Shown here piece by piece: positions 8,879-19,537 of a DNA stretch of 64,000 nt. The stretch's first letter is position 1. The number at the start of each line of letters is the position of its first letter. The stretch spans positions 1,441,887 through 1,505,886 of the forward strand of contig OZ246394.1 of assembly GCA_965230895.1 (NCBI GenBank), written 5' to 3'. Source of the DNA: an uncultured Gammaproteobacteria bacterium (GTDB lineage: Bacteria; Patescibacteriota; Microgenomatia; Levybacterales; UBA12049). The position numbers were made by a program, and so were the translations under genes. Under the pieces are notes generated by a model. It worked only from the letters and a program-made list of their open reading frames with translations. It did not search any database and had not been told where the DNA came from.

Positions 8879-10576
8879 ATGATAAAGCAAGAGATCACGA
8901 AGCTCGTCCAAAAAGTCCTGGATAGCAGAGATATTCAGGATGTAAAAGTTATTATTGATTACCCAACGGATGCAAAACATGGAGACTATGCATCGAACGT
9001 TGCTCTCATTGCCGCAAAAAAGGTTGGGAAGAATCCAATGGATTTTGCAGAAGACTTGAAGACTGCATTAGAAGAAGAGGGAAAGGATCTCTTCGAAAAG
9101 ATTGAGGTCGCAAAACCTGGATTTATAAACTTCACTCTCAAGGTCGACGTACTTATTGCAGAAATTGAAAATGAGAGCCTTCCAGATGTCGGCAGAAATA
9201 GAAAAGTAGTTGTGGAATATTCTTCACCAAATATAGCAAAACCATTCACAATAGGTCATTTGCGCTCGACAATCATCGGAGATGCTGTAGCAAATCTCCT
9301 TTCTGCAACTGGTTGGGATGTAAAGCGTGACAATCATATCGGTGATTGGGGCACGCAATTTGGCAAACAAATTTATGCCATCAAAACCTGGGGAAATGAA
9401 ATAGAAATTGAACAAGCAGAGCGTCCTGTCAAAGAATTGGTTGCGCTTTATGTAAAGTTCCACGAAGAAGCAGAAAAAAATCCAGCACTCGAAGATGAAG
9501 CACGTGAATGGTTCAAGAAGCTTGAAGATGGAGATCAAGAAGCGCGAGCTTTGTGGCAAAAATGTATTGATTGGTCTTGGAAAGAATTTGATGTGATCTA
9601 TCAGCAGTTGGATGTTTCATTTACAGAAAACGATGGAAGGGGTTATGGTGAAGCGTTCTTTGAAGACAAAATGGATGCTGTTGTTGCTGAATTAAAGGAT
9701 AAAAATCTTCTCGCCAAAGGAAAAGAAGGTGCGCAGATTATTGAGTTTGAAGAGAGTACCAAATTGCCTCCGTTAATGATACTCAAAAAGGATGGAGCAT
9801 CACTTTATTCTACAAGAGATTTGGCGACTGATACGTTTCGTTTAGATCATTATGGTGATAAGGCTTTGCTGATTATTAATGAAGTAGGAGCGGAGCAAGC
9901 CTTGTATTTCAGACAACTTTACAAGCTTGAAGAGATGCTTGGCTGGGTAAAGTCTGGGCAGCGAGTGCATATCAAACATGGATTGTATCGATTCAAAGAA
10001 GGAAAGATGTCAACACGTAAAGGGAATGTCATTTGGTTGGAAGATGTGTTGGCCGAGGCGAAGAAGAGAGCAGAAGAGTTAGCGAAAGAAGCTGGAGAAG
10101 TATCCGACATTGTGGCCATCGGTGCTATCAAATGGAATGATTTGAAGCGAACACCAGAACAAGATATCGCTTTTGAATGGGATGAGGTTCTCAATATGCA
10201 AGGTAACTCCGGGCCATACATGCAATACACATATGTTCGTACAAAAAGCGTTCTAGACAAAGCAAAAGAGGCTGGAGTTTCTGGTTTTGAATTCTCTTAT
10301 GGTGGAGAGATCAATCCTGAAGAACGAGAATTACTTCGGTTGCTTGCGCGCTTTGATGAAGTTGTTTTGGAAGCTGCTGCGAAGTTCTCTCCAAGTACTA
10401 TAGCAACGTATCTTTTTGATTTAGCGCAGACTTTTAATTTGTTCTATCAGAAACATCCTATTCTTAAAGGTGATGAATCGCGTATGCAATTTCGCCTTAT
10501 GATTACGTCTTCTGTTGGAAAAACAATTAAACAAGGCCTTTCGCTTCTTGGCATTCAAGCTCCAGACAGGATGTAA
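8879..10576 (+). CDS. argS: Arginine--tRNA ligase
   Basis: HGDYASN, VEYSSPNIAKPFTIGHLRS (HIGH variant), GDWGTQFG, KMSTRKG, GNSGPYMQY and C-terminal LLGIQAPDRM. Confidence 0.97.
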   Translation: MIKQEITKLVQKVLDSRDIQDVKVIIDYPTDAKHGDYASNVALIAAKKVGKNPMDFAEDLKTALEEEGKDLFEKIEVAKPGFINFTLKVDVLIAEIENESLPDVGRNRKVVVEYSSPNIAKPFTIGHLRSTIIGDAVANLLSATGWDVKRDNHIGDWGTQFGKQIYAIKTWGNEIEIEQAERPVKELVALYVKFHEEAEKNPALEDEAREWFKKLEDGDQEARALWQKCIDWSWKEFDVIYQQLDVSFTENDGRGYGEAFFEDKMDAVVAELKDKNLLAKGKEGAQIIEFEESTKLPPLMILKKDGASLYSTRDLATDTFRLDHYGDKALLIINEVGAEQALYFRQLYKLEEMLGWVKSGQRVHIKHGLYRFKEGKMSTRKGNVIWLEDVLAEAKKRAEELAKEAGEVSDIVAIGAIKWNDLKRTPEQDIAFEWDEVLNMQGNSGPYMQYTYVRTKSVLDKAKEAGVSGFEFSYGGEINPEERELLRLLARFDEVVLEAAAKFSPSTIATYLFDLAQTFNLFYQKHPILKGDESRMQFRLMITSSVGKTIKQGLSLLGIQAPDRM

Positions 10577-10590
10577 ATATCACTTTCTCC

Positions 10591-10620
10591 TTGACAGATC
10601 GTTTCAAAATTTGATGTACT
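10591..10620 (+). promoter_or_regulatory. Promoter shared with the paralogous dockerin gene
   Basis: TTGACA-N18-TGTACT with TTCAAAATT in the spacer; same layout at 11886-11915. Confidence 0.55.
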
Positions 10621-10656
10621 AAAATCACTGATTCTTTTCACAGGGTCTTTTCTGCC

Positions 10657-11847
10657 ATGCATCCGTCAGAACATAAAAAGTTAACGCATTACTCACCGCT
10701 TGTCGTCATGAGTGTTTTTGGATTGATGATCGGATTGTATATTGCAATCATTGGTTCGCAAACAAGTCAAGAAAATAGAAGTCGTGCCGCCATTGTAAAC
10801 GGAACATATAATGGAACGCTCAATAGTAACAGCAATATTATCAATGGTGGAGTTACAGGAGACGTTATCGGGAGCAGCAATACCATCTCAGGAAATGTTG
10901 CGGGGTGCGTGAAGGGGAATAGCAACATTATCGGTGGAAGAGTTTCTGGGACAGTTACTGGTACAGGGAATATCGTCGCTCTGGGATCTGGTGGAGGCCC
11001 ATGCTTAAGTGCGACCCCAACGCTTGCTCCAACAGCTGTTCCTACCTCAGCACCAACTTCAGTTCCAACAGTGGCAAAGACTCCTACGCCATCCGCTACA
11101 AAAACTCCAACACCAACTCCGACAAAAACACCGACTCCTACTCAAGGTGTGACTCCAGGACTAACTTTGGTACCTACAACAGTTCCAACAGCTACCAAAG
11201 TCCCAACCCCTACGACATTCCTCACAACATTCCCAACGCTTACTGCTACGCCAACTCCAGTCCAGATTACAGCTACAATCGGGCCTACAGCTACTCCTGA
11301 ACCAAATAGTACTTTGGTTGCTGTGACATTATTCTTCCATGGGGTTGGAAAGGGTGGCGATAGTGTCAATCCTGATGCAGAAGGAAATATGAGCCCAGCA
11401 CATTCGAATAGAGTTATAAGCGTTGATGTTTACAATGATAACAATCAACTAGTTGGCAGCAAGCAAGGCACAGTAATCTTCAATGCTTCTGAAGGCAATT
11501 TCAAAGGCACTATCAGTCTTGGTACGACAATCACAACTGGTGCTCACACACTTCGAATTAAAGGAGAGCAGTATCTTCGAGGAATTGTCCCAGGTATTCA
11601 AATGCTTACTGCAGGGCAGACAAAGACACTTCCTGCTTTAACGTTAATTACTGGAGATGTGAACAATGATAATCAAATCAATATCGTTGACTACAATCTG
11701 CTTGTAGGTTGCTATAGTGATTTGCTTCCTCCAGTTAGTTGCAATGCAGGGGATAACGTCAGAACAGATCTTAATGATGATGGTAACGTCAACCAATTTG
11801 ATTACAATCTCTTCATTCGAGAATTAACCAACCTTGGTGGACAGTAA
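10657..11847 (+). CDS. Surface protein: TM, short 15-aa-repeat solenoid, Pro/Thr linker, Ig-like domain, dockerin-like C-terminus
   Basis: Hydrophobic N-terminus; PT repeats; paired EF-hand loops GDVNNDNQINIVD and DLNDDGNVNQFD. Confidence 0.8.
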   Translation: MHPSEHKKLTHYSPLVVMSVFGLMIGLYIAIIGSQTSQENRSRAAIVNGTYNGTLNSNSNIINGGVTGDVIGSSNTISGNVAGCVKGNSNIIGGRVSGTVTGTGNIVALGSGGGPCLSATPTLAPTAVPTSAPTSVPTVAKTPTPSATKTPTPTPTKTPTPTQGVTPGLTLVPTTVPTATKVPTPTTFLTTFPTLTATPTPVQITATIGPTATPEPNSTLVAVTLFFHGVGKGGDSVNPDAEGNMSPAHSNRVISVDVYNDNNQLVGSKQGTVIFNASEGNFKGTISLGTTITTGAHTLRIKGEQYLRGIVPGIQMLTAGQTKTLPALTLITGDVNNDNQINIVDYNLLVGCYSDLLPPVSCNAGDNVRTDLNDDGNVNQFDYNLFIRELTNLGGQ

Positions 11848-11885
11848 AAAGTTGTTCAATTACTTTTCATCACCACTTTTCACAG

Positions 11886-11915
11886 TTGACAAACTCTTCA
11901 AAATTCTGCTCTACT
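11886..11915 (+). promoter_or_regulatory. Promoter shared with the upstream dockerin gene
   Basis: TTGACA-N18-TCTACT with TTCAAAATT in the spacer. Confidence 0.55.
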
Positions 11916-11956
11916 AGAAATAGGTCGTACTGCGACTGTAACTATCGAAAGCTAAT

Positions 11957-13720
11957 ATGGAAGAAAACCAACCAAAACCAGTTAACATCCAAGAAATTAA
12001 ACCAATAAATCCGAGGAAAAATTACCTCAAAATTTCACTTCCGCTTGTAGGGATGGTGCTTTTGGTAGGTGCAGGATATCTTGTCTTGAATACTGCTCAA
12101 CAACAGACAGACAATCGGAGTAAGGCTTCAACTGCTGGATTAAATTATGTTAAAAATCCAGGTTGTGAGTCTGGAACGACGAATTGGACTGCATATCAAG
12201 GGACAATGTCACGAGTCAGTGGAGTTGCTCATTCTGGTTCAGCTTCCTGTCGTATGGTTTATAGTTCTGGTGGCTATTATACAATCGATGATAATCCTTC
12301 AAGTGTTGTGAGTCCAAGACAAGGAGAGACTTTCACTGCTACAGCATGGGTCCGTACTGATAATGCTGTAGGGAAACAGGTTCAGCTCGCTTTGCGATTA
12401 CGCGGTGGCACAACAAAGCTTGTAACAGGTCCAACATATACATTAACAAGCGGTTGGCAGCAGATTCAAAATACAGTTACGATTGATACTGCAACACGAA
12501 CAGAACTTGAATTTTATATAGTCCAATTGAATGCTACTTCAGGGAACTCATTCTATGCTGACGACATGACACTCTATCTTGGAAACGGCGCAATTCCAAC
12601 TACGGTTCCTCCATCTCCTACGCTTGCTCCTACATTGACCAAGGCTCCAACTGCTACACCAACATTTCCTCCAACACCTGCGCCAACTGCAATTCCAACA
12701 ACAGTTCCAACTGCAACGAAGGCTCCAACTTCTGGACCAACACCAACCAATGGTCCAACGATCATGACCATTAACAAATCTTCATACGAACCTGGAGAAA
12801 ACGTGACTGTCTACTGGACAACGATCACTAATCCAACTGCGAAAGACTGGATTGGACTTTATACTCCAAGTGCTGCAAATGGAGATGAGATTGGTTGGAT
12901 TTACACCAACTGCACCCAGACGTCTACAACTCCTGTAGCGTCCGGAAGTTGCACATTCCCATTACCTCCAACTGCACCAACGAACTTCCTTGAACTTCGA
13001 TTGCATCCAAATGACACCAACAATGTCATAGCAAAAAGTCCTACATTTGCTGTGGTTGGTCCAACATCTACACCGACACCTGTTTTGATGACAGCAACAC
13101 CATTCCCGACAACTGTACCGACAGCAGTTCCAACCGTCATTGCTCAAACCCCAATGCCGACCGCTACAGTTGTTCCTGGAAATACATATGTTAACCTATC
13201 GCTGCTCCTTCATGGATTGGGCAAAGGTGGCGATTCTGTCAATGCCGGATCAATTGGCAACATGAGCCCATTGCACCCACAAAAGCCAGTGACAGTTGAT
13301 GTCTATGACGTACAAAATCAATTGGTAGTTTCAAAGACTGGCACAATCACATTTAATGCAACCAATGGTAACTTCACTGGCAACGTAGAACTTGGTTCAC
13401 AATTCGCAACTGGTATTTACACAGTTAAGATTAAGACTGAGCAAAATCTTCGTGGCTTGATCGCTGGTATCCAGACAATTACTCAAGGCCAAGTTACAAA
13501 CCTTCCAAGTGCAACTCTCGTTACCGGTGATATCAACAATGACAATCAAATCAATATCGTTGACTACAACATCATCGTTGGTTGCTACAGTGATTTGCTT
13601 CCAGCAGTTAGTTGCACTGATATCAATAAGCTCCGAGCTGACTTGACTGATGATGGTAAGGTAAACCAATTCGATTACAACCTCTTCATCCGTGAATTAA
13701 CAAACCTTGGAGGTCAATAA
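11957..13720 (+). CDS. Surface protein: TM, CBM4/9-like domain, PT linker, Ig-like domain, PT linker, Ig-like plus dockerin-like C-terminus
   Basis: NYVKNPGCESGTTNW..AHSGSAS..TAWVRT..WQQI..FYADD pattern typical of CBM_4_9; C-terminal region paralogous to the upstream gene. Confidence 0.8.
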   Translation: MEENQPKPVNIQEIKPINPRKNYLKISLPLVGMVLLVGAGYLVLNTAQQQTDNRSKASTAGLNYVKNPGCESGTTNWTAYQGTMSRVSGVAHSGSASCRMVYSSGGYYTIDDNPSSVVSPRQGETFTATAWVRTDNAVGKQVQLALRLRGGTTKLVTGPTYTLTSGWQQIQNTVTIDTATRTELEFYIVQLNATSGNSFYADDMTLYLGNGAIPTTVPPSPTLAPTLTKAPTATPTFPPTPAPTAIPTTVPTATKAPTSGPTPTNGPTIMTINKSSYEPGENVTVYWTTITNPTAKDWIGLYTPSAANGDEIGWIYTNCTQTSTTPVASGSCTFPLPPTAPTNFLELRLHPNDTNNVIAKSPTFAVVGPTSTPTPVLMTATPFPTTVPTAVPTVIAQTPMPTATVVPGNTYVNLSLLLHGLGKGGDSVNAGSIGNMSPLHPQKPVTVDVYDVQNQLVVSKTGTITFNATNGNFTGNVELGSQFATGIYTVKIKTEQNLRGLIAGIQTITQGQVTNLPSATLVTGDINNDNQINIVDYNIIVGCYSDLLPAVSCTDINKLRADLTDDGKVNQFDYNLFIRELTNLGGQ

Positions 13721-13723
13721 ACT

Positions 13724-15148
13724 ATGCCTGAAGGAGAATCACCTCAGTTACCACGCATTGATACAAATGCACAATTTGAACCACCAACTGAACCAATTCC
13801 AGTTGCTCAAGATCATCCAGTGAAGAATTGGAGGAGGAGAGTTGGGGCAGCAAGTCTCGTTGTTGGAGTAGCTGCAGCAGGAATGGGATTTGCTTCTCTC
13901 AGATCAGAATCCACTCCAGATGGGGAAGGAACTTCTATCGCTGGTCCCGTCGAACCTGGTCCTACCGAGCCATCTGCTGAAGCATTGCCTCCAAAAGATG
14001 ACGAAATACTCCAATTGAATCCAGATGCATTCGGATTGAAAGATAAATATTACGGATCAGGCTCAGATTTGTTAATTAAGTCCGATGTCCCAGCAGAGAG
14101 GCTAATTCAGGACGATCCTTCCACTGAAGTTATTCCACTGATTAAGATTAAACCTGGCACGGGTGAAATTTCTTTTCTTGATGTGTCCCCAACAGGTGTT
14201 GCTCCTGAGGTTATGGATTGGTTTCAAAACGGGCTTAAAGAATATCAACCATTTATAAAAGCAGCATTGGATTCGGGTACGCTCAAACAAGTAATAATTG
14301 GCACTCAATCAGGTGGGGCTTCAGCAGCTTCTGATGAAAGTATGTTTATCAATAACGGTAATTTATTGGTAGATATTCCTTTTACAGAAGGTACATACAA
14401 AAAAGAAACTTTAATAACTACAGTTGGCCATGAAGTCGGGCATGCATTGTTTGCTAACCGACCGATTTCTGATTTATCAACAGAACTTGCCGATCGTATG
14501 ACTGATGAACGGTTTCGTCAGGCATGCCAGGATGTGAGAAATATTGCAGTGGATCAGCTAGAAAAGCAGTTCACTGAGCAAGAGGCGTTAATAAAAGATT
14601 TGATGAGATATGATCCTTCATCAAAGCGCATTGATCAGCTGTTTTTGTCCAGAGTCCAAAGTGGAAATTTGAATTCTCTATACCCAACGAAGATAGGGGA
14701 GAAAAATGCATATACAGAAACTCCATCCTGTGAGTTTTCTCGGATAACAGCACTCATGGGAAGATTACGAGAAAAGGTTGGAGCAATTCGTAAAGATACC
14801 AATAGGGAATCAAGCCCGGAGGAGCGGCAAACTTTATTTGATCTCAATGACAAAACAAACGAATTTGCAAGGGAGGACTCTGTCTATAAAAACTTCACTG
14901 ATGAAACATATACAGGCGAAAGACTTGCTGGACATCCAGAAGATGACCTTGACGAAGCTGCAGCATCTTTATTTATGCTGACGACACATCTTCCAAATGA
15001 GTTTGGACGGAAGATAAGTGAACTTCCTGAAGATCAAGCAGCAGCTATAACTGAGTTGTGGGAGACTGTTATGGAGGAATACGCCGAAGTACCAGGTGTT
15101 CAAATAGCTTTAGCTCCAGGAATGAGTCAAGTGAAATCTCATATTTAA
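13724..15148 (+). CDS. Putative membrane-anchored zinc metallopeptidase-like protein
   Basis: TM segment near the N-terminus; HEXXH motif GHEVGHALF; distal GHPEDDLDEAAAS may supply a third ligand. Confidence 0.55.
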   Translation: MPEGESPQLPRIDTNAQFEPPTEPIPVAQDHPVKNWRRRVGAASLVVGVAAAGMGFASLRSESTPDGEGTSIAGPVEPGPTEPSAEALPPKDDEILQLNPDAFGLKDKYYGSGSDLLIKSDVPAERLIQDDPSTEVIPLIKIKPGTGEISFLDVSPTGVAPEVMDWFQNGLKEYQPFIKAALDSGTLKQVIIGTQSGGASAASDESMFINNGNLLVDIPFTEGTYKKETLITTVGHEVGHALFANRPISDLSTELADRMTDERFRQACQDVRNIAVDQLEKQFTEQEALIKDLMRYDPSSKRIDQLFLSRVQSGNLNSLYPTKIGEKNAYTETPSCEFSRITALMGRLREKVGAIRKDTNRESSPEERQTLFDLNDKTNEFAREDSVYKNFTDETYTGERLAGHPEDDLDEAAASLFMLTTHLPNEFGRKISELPEDQAAAITELWETVMEEYAEVPGVQIALAPGMSQVKSHI

Positions 15149-15149
15149 T

Positions 15150-15491
15150 ATGGCTGAAATAGCATCTGCACCTTCTGAGGCGAGACATGCTTTAACTGAG
15201 CGTCCTCGTGATCCAATCCCTCGTCCAGAGGTTCGTGGAAGACATCGGATGCAACCACCGAGACGAGAAGGTTTGCCGATAGCTCCTTCTTTGGTTGCTT
15301 TGGGAGTTCTTGCAAGTGGTGCACTGAGTGATGGAAGAGCTGAGGTTCAAATCGATATTGTTCCTCCCAAGTCACCGGTTGAATCTCCAATGCAAGGCTC
15401 AATCGAACCTGTGCCGATGGTTCCACAAGACCATGAATTGGAGAATCATTTTGATGCGGCAGCAGTTGTGGCCGAAGCATTAAAGCATTAG
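15150..15491 (+). CDS. Hypothetical small membrane protein
   Basis: Starts 1 nt after the previous stop; R/P-rich N-terminus then a hydrophobic segment. Confidence 0.55.
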   Translation: MAEIASAPSEARHALTERPRDPIPRPEVRGRHRMQPPRREGLPIAPSLVALGVLASGALSDGRAEVQIDIVPPKSPVESPMQGSIEPVPMVPQDHELENHFDAAAVVAEALKH

Positions 15492-15550
15492 GATTCTTCT
15501 AGGTCTTGTGATCTTAGATGAAGGTGCTAGAATAGGTTTTTATCTAGGTT

Positions 15551-16825
15551 ATGCAGTTCACCAGAAAAGTTTTACCAAACGGACTTCGAGTTCTCCTTAT
15601 CCCAATGCCAGCAATGGAAAGCGCAACAGTTCTTGTCATGGCTGGAGCAGGTTCACGCTATGAAACGACAAAGAATAGTGGAATATCTCATTTCCTCGAG
15701 CACATGGCATTTAAAGGGACAGAAAAACGACCTGATGCTATGGCTATTTCATCATTAATAGATGGCATGGGTGGTGAATTCAATGCCTTTACTGGCAAAG
15801 AAACCACAGGTTACTACATCAAATCCGCAAAGTCCCGTATCGAAACTTCAATCGATCTGCTCTCCGACATGTTGACGCATTCCAAGTTCGATCCAAAAGA
15901 AATTGAAAAAGAAAAAGGAGTCATCATCGAAGAGATTAATCTTTATGAAGATATGCCTGCACGAAAGATTGGAGATATCTATGAGCAATTACTTTACGGA
16001 GACACGCCAATGGGTTGGGATATTGCAGGCAATAAAGATGTAATCCGGGCTGTGACTCGAGATGATTTCGTCAATTACATGGCTGAACTTTATAGTGCAA
16101 GTAACTTAACGGTAGTAGTGGCAGGAGGAATTGATGAAGGGGAAACGTTTGCTTTGATTGAAAAGTATTTTGGTGGCATGAATACATTCGGGACAAAGAA
16201 GCATGAGAACGTTGTGGAATCACAAGAAAAGCCAGCTGTCTTGGTCAAACAAAAGCAGACAGAACAGATTCATATTGCTCTCGGAGTACGAACCGTTTCA
16301 GTTGGTTCTCCAAAACGTTATCCGCTTTCAGTTCTCTCAGCAATCCTTGGTGGAGGTATGTCTTCAAGACTTTTCCATGAAGTCCGAGAGAAGCGGGGAT
16401 TAGCATATTATGTCCGCACAAGTTCAGATGAATATGCTGATGTTGGATCACTTGTTTCAACTGCTGGAATTGATCCAAAACGAGTTCTCGAAGCAGTTGA
16501 AGTTATGGTTGCTGAATACGGTAAGATCTCTCGAGGAGAAATGGGATTAACGGATGAGGAGCTCTCAAAAGCGAAGGAATTTTTGAAAGGTCACTTAGTA
16601 TTGGATTTGGAAGATAGTCGGTCTGTAGCAGGATTCTACGCCCATCAGGAACTATTGGAAGATCATATCGAGAACCCATCTGACGTAATTACAGAAATTG
16701 ATAAAGTAACCAAAGAAGATATTGAAGCAGTTGGGAAAGAATTCTTTATCGAAAAGACATTGAACTTAGCATTGATTGGTAATTTTGAAGATGGACAGAA
16801 ATTAGAAGCTCTGTTAAAATTATAA
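15551..16825 (+). CDS. M16 family (pitrilysin/insulinase-like) zinc peptidase
   Basis: Inverted zinc motif HFLEHMAFKGT, NAFT, and GGGMSSRLFHEVREKRGLAY. Confidence 0.95.
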   Translation: MQFTRKVLPNGLRVLLIPMPAMESATVLVMAGAGSRYETTKNSGISHFLEHMAFKGTEKRPDAMAISSLIDGMGGEFNAFTGKETTGYYIKSAKSRIETSIDLLSDMLTHSKFDPKEIEKEKGVIIEEINLYEDMPARKIGDIYEQLLYGDTPMGWDIAGNKDVIRAVTRDDFVNYMAELYSASNLTVVVAGGIDEGETFALIEKYFGGMNTFGTKKHENVVESQEKPAVLVKQKQTEQIHIALGVRTVSVGSPKRYPLSVLSAILGGGMSSRLFHEVREKRGLAYYVRTSSDEYADVGSLVSTAGIDPKRVLEAVEVMVAEYGKISRGEMGLTDEELSKAKEFLKGHLVLDLEDSRSVAGFYAHQELLEDHIENPSDVITEIDKVTKEDIEAVGKEFFIEKTLNLALIGNFEDGQKLEALLKL

Positions 16826-16833
16826 TCTAACTT

Positions 16834-17301
16834 ATGGAACAAACAGTTGTACTTGTAAAACCAGACGGCGTCCAAAGAGGACTTATCGGAGAAATCATCT
16901 CACGATTCGAGCGCAAAGGCTTGAAGCTTTCAGCTTTGAAAATGATTTCACTTAGCGATTCACTTCTTGAAGAGTGGTATGTGCACCACAAAGATAAGCC
17001 ATTCTTCCCAGGTTTGAAATCATACATGAAATCTTATCCAGTTGTCGCTATGCTTTGGGAAGGTATTGATGCTGCAACAACAGTACGTACAATGATTGGT
17101 ATTACAAAGGCTCGAGAGGCAGCTCCAGGAACAATCCGCGGAGATTTTGCAATGAGCCAGCAATATAATCTTATCCATGCTTCAGAGAGTCCAGAAGCTG
17201 CAGAAAGAGAACGTGCAATCATGTTTGATCCATCAGATCTTTTCGATTGGGAAAAAGTAGATAGCATCCACGTATACCTCGAAGAAGAGCGAAAGAAATA
17301 A
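16834..17301 (+). CDS. ndk: Nucleoside diphosphate kinase
   Basis: VKPDGVQRGLIGEIISRFE, PGTIRGDF, NLIHAS (catalytic His). Confidence 0.96.
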   Translation: MEQTVVLVKPDGVQRGLIGEIISRFERKGLKLSALKMISLSDSLLEEWYVHHKDKPFFPGLKSYMKSYPVVAMLWEGIDAATTVRTMIGITKAREAAPGTIRGDFAMSQQYNLIHASESPEAAERERAIMFDPSDLFDWEKVDSIHVYLEEERKK

Positions 17302-17367
17302 CTTCGTCTTATTGGTTTTTATGTTTCCAGTAATCTTGTTGGTAATTGTCGTTGTTTTTTATTTGTT

Positions 17368-17616
17368 ATGACAGAAAGAAGACCACATACAGAAGAAGAG
17401 CCAAGCATTTCTACTCGTGATCATTTGCGAGGCGCAGTGGATAGTATCACCCGAGACATGACACGTGGTCCTGTCGGAACCTCAGTTTTAGGCCTGACTG
17501 TGGGAGCAGGGATTCTTGCTCGAGGCGGAGTTGAAGTTGGAAGACGTGTTGGTGAAACTGCAATTAATGCAGGACTTGGAACTGCAAAGATTATCTTCAG
17601 TCGAAACCGACGTTAA
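17368..17616 (+). CDS. Hypothetical small protein
   Basis: 82-aa ORF, convergent with and abutting atpC; Gly-rich hydrophobic middle. Confidence 0.45.
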   Translation: MTERRPHTEEEPSISTRDHLRGAVDSITRDMTRGPVGTSVLGLTVGAGILARGGVEVGRRVGETAINAGLGTAKIIFSRNRR

Positions 17617-18035
17617 CCTTGAGTCTTTTGTTGCTCTGATTGCTGGTCAGGAGGAGGAGCAGGTTTATTTTCCTCTTGATTGATGACGGTTGTCAAAAGA
17701 TCTATATAGCACTTCACACCACTATCTTTTACCTTCATAACACCATTTTTTAAGGGTATCACTTCTTCTGTCCCGTCCATTTTATGAAGCTTGATAGAAT
17801 CCTTGAGAACGGAGATAAAGTTTGAATGTTCTGGAAGCACATCAAAGAGTCCAGTGTCATTGATCGATGTAACTGCTTTGACGTCATCGTCAAAAAGTAC
17901 TTGTCTTCGATTCCTGACCATGACATGAATCCTATCTGCGACAATTTTTTGTATCGGAGCATCGGTGCTCGCAATTGGTGGAGGTGCAGGCTGAACCGGT
18001 TGCTGCGGCTCTTGTGGTTTGTTTGGATCTTCCAT
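17613..18035 (-). CDS. atpC: F1 epsilon-like subunit (N-terminal beta-sandwich only)
   Basis: VLFDDDVKAV..TGLFDVLPEHSNFISVL..GVMKV pattern; last gene after beta; Pro/Gln tails instead of a C-terminal helical hairpin. Confidence 0.75.
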   Translation of the reverse strand: MEDPNKPQEPQQPVQPAPPPIASTDAPIQKIVADRIHVMVRNRRQVLFDDDVKAVTSINDTGLFDVLPEHSNFISVLKDSIKLHKMDGTEEVIPLKNGVMKVKDSGVKCYIDLLTTVINQEENKPAPPPDQQSEQQKTQG

Positions 18036-18037
18036 AA

Positions 18038-19429
<1,392 letters not shown>

Positions 19430-19433
19430 TTAT

Positions 19434-19537
19434 AAAATTGAAAGTTGAGAATGGAGAATTGATAAATATTCTTAACCTTTATTAGATTACTCAATTTGGT
19501 AAAAACTCTCAACTCGCAATTTTTAATTCGCAACTCT
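19434..19537. repeat. Heptamer tandem repeats arranged as an imperfect inverted repeat between atpG and atpD
   Basis: Left arm AAAATTG AAAGTTG AGAATGG AGAATTG; right arm AACTCTC AACTCGC AATTTTT AATTCGC AACTCT, the reverse complement of the same heptamer family. Confidence 0.6.
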
